Source: Klebsiella phage XDRKpn-1 | Reading direction: 5' to 3' (one strand) | Length of the DNA: 32,000 nt | Sequence record: PP792980.1 | Notes under the pieces: model-generated | What the model saw: only the letters and a program-made list of their open reading frames with translations | Told to the model about the DNA's origin: nothing | Databases searched by the model: none | Shown here: one piece after another, positions 26,105-32,000 of the stretch | Position numbering within the stretch: the first letter of the stretch is position 1 | Layout of the letters: each line of letters begins with the position of its first letter | Position numbers and translations under genes: made by a program

Positions 26105-26300
26105 ACCATTATCTGCTGTGGCTGTAGCAACCCTCGCCTTGTCTGCGATGGCCGAGGATATGTCTCACAAAGGGCGTCTTTGGGATGAACGACGTTATGC
26201 TCAAGGTTGTACCCCTGGGGAGCCTGGGTTCGGACGCCCTTCTGTAACCCGCAAGAAAAAGGCTAAGACTCATGGGAAGAACAAACGAAAACGTAAGTGA
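26097..26300 (+). CDS. Hypothetical basic protein
   Basis: MSKPLSAVAVATLALSAMAEDMS..., lysine-rich end KTHGKNKRKRK. Confidence 0.5.
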   Translation: MSKPLSAVAVATLALSAMAEDMSHKGRLWDERRYAQGCTPGEPGFGRPSVTRKKKAKTHGKNKRKRK

Positions 26301-26460
26301 TGACACCTTAACAGAAGAACGGCTCCTCGAAATATCTGAAGGTGAGCCGAGGAAGGTAAAGTGTCATGTCATGTTTGGTGAAGGGAAACAGATGGCCGAT
26401 GAAATTCTGTATCTTCGAGCCGAACTCGCTCGATTAAGTAAACCTGAACCCGAAATTTAG
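26272..26460 (+). CDS. Hypothetical protein
   Basis: 62-aa ORF, overlapping tandem arrangement. Confidence 0.5.
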   Translation: MGRTNENVSDDTLTEERLLEISEGEPRKVKCHVMFGEGKQMADEILYLRAELARLSKPEPEI

Positions 26461-26470
26461 AGGATATATT

Positions 26471-26815
26471 ATGAGTTCTATTGAACAGCTGATCACGCCG
26501 CAGTACATTTATTCTAACATTGTTGAGCATCTGCGCTCACAATTGAATATTGGTACGTTGAACAGCAGTGAATTGTCTGACTTCAAAATTCATGAAGTCG
26601 AGATCGCCGCCTTCGGGAGCCGCTACCATTTTGAGATCAAGCGCACCGTTGTAGAGGATGTTACTCCTTCTGTTCTTTTGCTGTCACATCCTCCACAAAA
26701 ACCCAAAGGCGTACCGACTGAAGTTGTCAAACAATACGTCGGTTATCTGGAAGAGACGCTAGAGCCGGGCGCTACCCGTCCCACCTTTAACTTCCGAGCA
26801 TCACTTGTCGGATAA
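26471..26815 (+). CDS. Hypothetical protein
   Basis: MSSIEQLITPQYIYSNIVEHLRSQ..., GAGG upstream. Confidence 0.7.
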   Translation: MSSIEQLITPQYIYSNIVEHLRSQLNIGTLNSSELSDFKIHEVEIAAFGSRYHFEIKRTVVEDVTPSVLLLSHPPQKPKGVPTEVVKQYVGYLEETLEPGATRPTFNFRASLVG

Positions 26816-26823
26816 TATGAACT

Positions 26824-26847
26824 AAAGCCCCTGAGAAGGGGCTTTTT
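26824..26847 (+). terminator. Rho-independent terminator
   Basis: AAAGCCCC-TGAGAA-GGGGCTTTTT. Confidence 0.9.
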
Positions 26848-26914
26848 CAATTGAACTGTCGTCACGTATCATACCTCTGTGTAATCCCTTTGAAACTGAT
26901 AGGACTTCTTCGTT

Positions 26915-29671
26915 ATGAAAATGCGCAAGTCAGAGCACTTCGTCCGCTCTTCATCATCTATATCTGGTAATGTGTTCAACGTCAAAATGACCGATAAGTT
27001 ATTTGAAACGTTGTTCTCCAGCCTTTATCGTTATAAAGAAGCGGCGGCGCTTCGTGAGACCGTTTGTAATGCGATTGACGCCCATAACATGCGTAACCGT
27101 TTACAGCGCTGGATGCCGTCTCATTATGCCTCTCTGTCCCCGATGCCCCAACTGTACAGTAAGTATCTGGCTCCTTCTAACATTCCCGTAGAAGTCCATC
27201 TCCCGGACGATTACGAGCCATGGCTGGAAATCAAAGACTGGGGTATCGGCCTTTCGCTGGAACAGATCATGGGTGAACCTATTTTGGCCCGTGAAGATGA
27301 AGTGCTTCTGTCGGGCAATATGGTCGTCAAAGAAGACGAAATCCCAGAAGGTTCTGAAGTCCTGGGTGTACCCGATTTCTCTTCGTATTATGGTGGCCAA
27401 TTGGTCTTTAAAACCCAAGATGGCGAAATCATCCGTTCCCCTGGGCTTTATACCACTTTGTTCAACAGTACCAAAGAAGACGATGATGGCCAGATCGGCG
27501 CGTTCGGTCTGGGTTCCAAATCACCTTTCTCTGTGTCGGATTCATTCACTGTTGAATCCCGCTATGAAGGGAAGATCTATCGCTTCCTGATGTATCTGAA
27601 CGGGAACCGTATCCCGACCGTTGACCTGGTGACAAAAAACGTAGAAACCCGCGAACCTGCGCCGGAAGACACAGATGAATGGAATGGTTTGTCTGTGAAA
27701 GTCCCGGTCAAGAACAGTCGTTTCCGTGCGTTTGAAGAAGAGCTGATTCGCCTTGGCAAAGTTATGAAGTCCAACGAGCGCCCAAAAGTCACGAATCACT
27801 CATACAACTTCGATTGGGAAGACATCAGTTTTAACAACCGGGTGGGGAATACCTATATCCAGCCGAAGGGGACGGGGAATACCCACTATGCGGTCATGGG
27901 CGGGGTGTCATACCCTATTGATCTGGAACAACTGGAACAAGACGTTTCTTCTATTCTGGAAAAGTTCCCGACGTCCTATACCTTCTTTGAACTCGGTGAG
28001 CTTAATGTCCCACCATCTCGTGAAGACTTGTCTTACGATGAGTACACTCGCGAAACCCTGAATCGCCAGTTCAAGAAAGTGGCGAATAAAATTATGCAGG
28101 AAAAGATTTCCGAACTCAACCTGGCGGCCAGCAAAGGCCCGCTGGCGTTGTATATGAAGAAAGACGAATTCACCAACATGTTCGGTAGCGGTTTCCGCAA
28201 AATGATGGAGCGGGACTTCCCGGCTGATACCCGCTTCTACAAAGGGAAATATGTTTACAACGGCACCCCTGATATAGAACGTAACATCGATGTTGACGCT
28301 CCATTCCGTACTGCCGGGAATCCTTATTACCTTGAAATATATTGGGATGCCGGGTATATTGAATCCAAGGATTCACTCATGCTGAATGACGTTTATGGTT
28401 GGGTTGGTGAGAAAAAATCTGTTGCTATTATTATCGATAACTCCAGCCGCGCCCGTAATCTGAAAATCAGGACAGCACGAAATAATCATGATGTTGTCAT
28501 CGTTGTTAAGCCCAATGATTCTTTGCTGACCAATCGCAATTTATTGCAAAACCATAAAGGCGCATACAAGAATCACGAAGAGCTTCAATCCTATTTTGAA
28601 TCTTGGGTTGGTAAACAAGAGACAACTATTGACCATTTGGTATTTGCCGATAAGTTTTACGAAGTTATTTCGGAAATTCTCGTGCCAAGTGAAGTTTATT
28701 TCATGCATGATATGCAGTATGTGAAGCCCCCGGTCGAAAAAGATCCAGGGATGTTTGAATACGAAGGGTTCCGTTTCAGTTTCTATAAGGATAGAGAACT
28801 ATCTGCTGAAGATATCTCCGGTATCATTGATTCTGGTAAGCAAATTGTTTATATTGAGATATCAGGAACTAACAGCATCCATGATATTCATGGGAAACGT
28901 GTTAATGAATACGTTGCCCGGAGCATTTTGGAATGTATGCACAACACTCCTATGGACGATGAGGGGAACAAAATATTTGAGTTCATGAACTTCCATAAGA
29001 AAGTCATCCTTGCCCGCCGTAAATCGGTTCCGATGATGAAAAAGTTCCCGGAAGTGTTCGTGCCAATTGATGCGGTATTTGAAATGTTGTTGAAACGCCA
29101 TATGCCGTATTTCAAATCTAAGAATGCCCGGGAACTGTTAGCATTAAGAAAGCAAACTCGTTGTATCATAAACCGTATCCCGTATGCGGAGTCACTTCTG
29201 GCCAAATCTCACGAAGGTATCCCAGAAAAGTTTGCTTATCTGAAGGATAAAATATCCCAGCTGGATAAGAAAAATATTGAATTAATCCCGGAAACTGAAT
29301 GGGATTATCTGAAGGTAATCAGTAAGAACAAGAAAGGATTATCTGGCGTCAAAGATCTTAACGAGGCGATGGAAAAATTAAATTTCCATGTTAGTATCAA
29401 AAAGAACTTTGACCAATACCGCCATGGGCAGGCGCGTATGATTCAATTGTTCTCCAGCATCAATGAATTGCTGAAAAACAACGGTTATTGCGAAATCAGC
29501 TGGACACGTTCTATTTCTCAGTCCCAGAAGAAAAATAACCGGTATCGCGTCGATTGCCATAACTTGTTAAAACATCTGATGGCGACGTATACGCCTGTGG
29601 CTCAGAACCCGATTGAAGAAGACAAAGAGGGTTTCTTCGCCGCTATTTCAAAACGTATTCTCGGGGCATAA
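26915..29671 (+). CDS. rIIA: rIIA-like protein, GHKL-type ATPase fold
   Basis: LRETVCNAIDAHNM, DWGIGLS, GAFGLGSKSPFSVSDSF match T4 rIIA ATP-binding motifs; followed by rIIB. Confidence 0.9.
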   Translation: MKMRKSEHFVRSSSSISGNVFNVKMTDKLFETLFSSLYRYKEAAALRETVCNAIDAHNMRNRLQRWMPSHYASLSPMPQLYSKYLAPSNIPVEVHLPDDYEPWLEIKDWGIGLSLEQIMGEPILAREDEVLLSGNMVVKEDEIPEGSEVLGVPDFSSYYGGQLVFKTQDGEIIRSPGLYTTLFNSTKEDDDGQIGAFGLGSKSPFSVSDSFTVESRYEGKIYRFLMYLNGNRIPTVDLVTKNVETREPAPEDTDEWNGLSVKVPVKNSRFRAFEEELIRLGKVMKSNERPKVTNHSYNFDWEDISFNNRVGNTYIQPKGTGNTHYAVMGGVSYPIDLEQLEQDVSSILEKFPTSYTFFELGELNVPPSREDLSYDEYTRETLNRQFKKVANKIMQEKISELNLAASKGPLALYMKKDEFTNMFGSGFRKMMERDFPADTRFYKGKYVYNGTPDIERNIDVDAPFRTAGNPYYLEIYWDAGYIESKDSLMLNDVYGWVGEKKSVAIIIDNSSRARNLKIRTARNNHDVVIVVKPNDSLLTNRNLLQNHKGAYKNHEELQSYFESWVGKQETTIDHLVFADKFYEVISEILVPSEVYFMHDMQYVKPPVEKDPGMFEYEGFRFSFYKDRELSAEDISGIIDSGKQIVYIEISGTNSIHDIHGKRVNEYVARSILECMHNTPMDDEGNKIFEFMNFHKKVILARRKSVPMMKKFPEVFVPIDAVFEMLLKRHMPYFKSKNARELLALRKQTRCIINRIPYAESLLAKSHEGIPEKFAYLKDKISQLDKKNIELIPETEWDYLKVISKNKKGLSGVKDLNEAMEKLNFHVSIKKNFDQYRHGQARMIQLFSSINELLKNNGYCEISWTRSISQSQKKNNRYRVDCHNLLKHLMATYTPVAQNPIEEDKEGFFAAISKRILGA

Positions 29672-29704
29672 TAGCCCCGTCTAACACAAAGTGGGAACTA
29701 CAAG

Positions 29705-31291
29705 ATGACTGCTACCGAAAAAAGTATTTTGCGGATGTTGAAGGATGGCAAAAGCCAGAATTCTATCGCTAACGAATTGGGCGTTCCTCGCTCAATGGTA
29801 CAGCGTGTGTCCGACCAGGAGCTGGGGGTTGACCCGGCTTCTCTGAAATCGCTGACAACCGAACAGATCGAACTGATCCAGTCTCAGAGCCAGGCCGGGG
29901 AAAGCAACACCACCCTGGCATCGGCTTATGGCGTCAGCCCCAAAACTATCGCCCGTGCGCTGATGGTCCGTATCATCAAACAAGCAAACAACATCACCGT
30001 CATTTCACCGATTAAAGAATCGGACGCCACGAAAGAATTCGAAGTCCTGGAAGGCGGCGTGGCTGTATATGAAAAAGACGACGAAGAGTGGTATGTCGGC
30101 AAGTTCATGGAGAACCACAACCAATTCCTGTGTTTGCGTTATACGGACGACAGCAGTTATGCTGGGATCAAAGCAGCTATGATCGCGCGCGATCAGCTGA
30201 AACCGTCTGAGTCTTCCGACAAATTGAATTCTAAAAATGACGGCGATAAAATCGTTGCGCTGGCCGAAGTGGCATCTGCCCTGGTTGATGGTTACAAAGG
30301 TGAGACTTCTGAGATCACGGTTATTTTACCTGACGAAGACACGTATCCGATGCGCGGCTCCATGGACGCCCGCCGCCGGGTTGGTTATTACGACAGCATC
30401 CTCGGTCGCACCCTGCGTCTGGCGCTGTCATCCGTGACTTTCAAAGTAAAATTGAAAGAAACGCAGCAAATCGGTGACAAACAGACCAAGGCTGAATTCG
30501 GCGATAAAGAGCTGAGTGTGTTCCTGAACGAACATCAGATCATGATCCTGCCGGAGAGTGTCGTTATTGTCATCGATGGCAAACCGGAAACGATCACGAC
30601 CAGCCACCAGTCGTATGACCGAATCGTTGAAGCGATTAAATCTCGTGACATCAAACTGGCGTATACGTTGATGAAGCCGCGCGAAGCGATTAAGAAATTT
30701 GCGACAGGCCTGGTTGACATCAGCAATAACCGTGTTCGTTGGTCCGGTCATGATATCACTGGCACGAGCGTCGCCAAGCGTATCCTGACACTGATGCTGC
30801 GTGGTGATTATAGCAACATGCAGCGCCTGACGAACTTCCTGGATAAGATGTTCCAGAACCCGAGTTCGTCCCTGGTACAGTCTGGCCGCATCTATGAATT
30901 CATGGCATACTCGGATATTGAGATTGCCGAAGACGGTGACATCATTCTGTACAAGTCGGTCCGTGGCAATTACATGGACAAGCACTCTGGTACGATCGAC
31001 AACACTCCGGGAACGATTGTACGCATGGCGCGTTCCTTCGTTAACGATGACAACAAAGACCTGTGCTCCTATGGGCTGCACGTCTGCTCGCTGGCATATC
31101 TGAAGCAATGCTTCGGCCACTTGGGTCAGCGCGTTGTTCGTTGTAAGCTGAACCCGAAGGACATCGTGTCGATTACTGATGACTACAAGTCCAGTAAAAT
31201 TCGCTGCTGTGAATATCTGGTGCTAGACGACTACACCACTGAGTATAATCGTCAACACAAATCCATTGACGTTGAAGGGCTTTATCGTTAA
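29705..31291 (+). CDS. rIIB: rIIB-like protein
   Basis: N-terminal HTH; YKSVRGNYMDKHSGTIDNTPG...LCSYGLHVCS...NPKDIVSI...CEYLVL resembles T4 rIIB C-terminus. Confidence 0.92.
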   Translation: MTATEKSILRMLKDGKSQNSIANELGVPRSMVQRVSDQELGVDPASLKSLTTEQIELIQSQSQAGESNTTLASAYGVSPKTIARALMVRIIKQANNITVISPIKESDATKEFEVLEGGVAVYEKDDEEWYVGKFMENHNQFLCLRYTDDSSYAGIKAAMIARDQLKPSESSDKLNSKNDGDKIVALAEVASALVDGYKGETSEITVILPDEDTYPMRGSMDARRRVGYYDSILGRTLRLALSSVTFKVKLKETQQIGDKQTKAEFGDKELSVFLNEHQIMILPESVVIVIDGKPETITTSHQSYDRIVEAIKSRDIKLAYTLMKPREAIKKFATGLVDISNNRVRWSGHDITGTSVAKRILTLMLRGDYSNMQRLTNFLDKMFQNPSSSLVQSGRIYEFMAYSDIEIAEDGDIILYKSVRGNYMDKHSGTIDNTPGTIVRMARSFVNDDNKDLCSYGLHVCSLAYLKQCFGHLGQRVVRCKLNPKDIVSITDDYKSSKIRCCEYLVLDDYTTEYNRQHKSIDVEGLYR

Positions 31292-31308
31292 TCACGACAG
31301 CGTAAAAT

Positions 31309-31329
31309 AAGGGGCTTCGGCCCCTTTTT
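31309..31329 (+). terminator. Rho-independent terminator after rIIB
   Basis: AAGGGGC-TTCG-GCCCCTTTTT. Confidence 0.95.
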
Positions 31330-31343
31330 GTTGGAGTTAATTC

Positions 31344-31640
31344 ATGGAAACCAGAGATGTTTATTTCAAATATGCTCGCCAGACATTTGGGCCTTATAGA
31401 ACGACTGAAAAATTCTTAATTGATTCTTTTCAATTTGACGGTGAAATGCGAGAATATTCATACAAACATTTCCCGGTCAGGAATATTGAAGGGAGCCAAT
31501 TCGTAAAATTATTCTGTCGTTGTGGGGCATGTGACTTTAATGACGACGGGCGTTGTATGCATGAATACCAATGCAATTGCTGTGGTAAATATATCAAAGT
31601 CTATAGGAGAACTGAACATGGCCAAGACACCGAAAGTTAA
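31344..31640 (+). CDS. Hypothetical Cys-rich protein, possible zinc-binding
   Basis: CRCGACDFNDDGRCMHEYQCNCCGKYIK; GGAG upstream. Confidence 0.65.
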   Translation: METRDVYFKYARQTFGPYRTTEKFLIDSFQFDGEMREYSYKHFPVRNIEGSQFVKLFCRCGACDFNDDGRCMHEYQCNCCGKYIKVYRRTEHGQDTES

Positions 31641-32000
31641 AGATACTGCTGTTGTTGATCCAATCACCGCAGTAGAAGAACAGAAAATTCCATCATACCT
31701 GCAGCGCATCCTGGATAACATCCCGAACGTTGGCGACGGCGCCACGGTATATGCTGGCGACTACGGTTGGGTGTGCGAGCATAAAAACGGCGATAAGGAG
31801 CTTCTGGAGGAGCTAACCGGGCTTGCCAGTACCCTCAAACGTTATGGTCGTGACAAATTCGGCCGACCGATAGAACCGGGTACGGTCATCAGCACTGATA
31901 TTACAGTAGAAACCCTCAATCTTCTGGATATCAACGATCTGTCGGTATTGGGTGAGCCTCTGGGGATTGTAGAAACAGACCGGGACAAACTGATCGCCAA
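31618..32000 (+). CDS. Hypothetical protein, truncated at right edge
   Basis: MAKTPKVKDTAVVDPITAVEEQKIPSYLQRILDNI... open to window end. Confidence 0.75.
   Translation, partial: MAKTPKVKDTAVVDPITAVEEQKIPSYLQRILDNIPNVGDGATVYAGDYGWVCEHKNGDKELLEELTGLASTLKRYGRDKFGRPIEPGTVISTDITVETLNLLDINDLSVLGEPLGIVETDRDKLIA

Overview
The window is part of a large tailed-phage genome with T4-like genes. The left end (minus strand) has tail and baseplate genes: a truncated structural CDS, a fibre-like protein with 24-aa coiled-coil repeats, a gpI-like tail protein and a T4 gp6-like baseplate wedge protein. The right two thirds has a family-B DNA polymerase (T4 gp43-like), a 3-TM holin-like protein, rIIA, rIIB, a fold-type-II PLP enzyme, an HAD nucleotidase-like protein, a P-loop kinase and a protein resembling phage amino-acid:DNA transferases (a possible thymidine-hypermodification set), plus a LemA-like protein. 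The most unusual part is about 5.5-10.4 kb. It has six canonical tRNAs (Met-type CAT, Ser-GCT, Ser-TGA, Asn-GTT, Tyr-GTA, Gln-TTG). Among them is about 4 kb of apparently non-coding DNA with long near-perfect helices containing G.U pairs, RNAs with tRNA cloverleaf geometry but greatly enlarged D and anticodon arms, and CCA-ended structured elements that are not tRNAs. A strong terminator closes the locus. I consider this RNA locus the best candidate for something undescribed. All assignments come from reading the sequence and manual base pairing. No database search or folding program was run.
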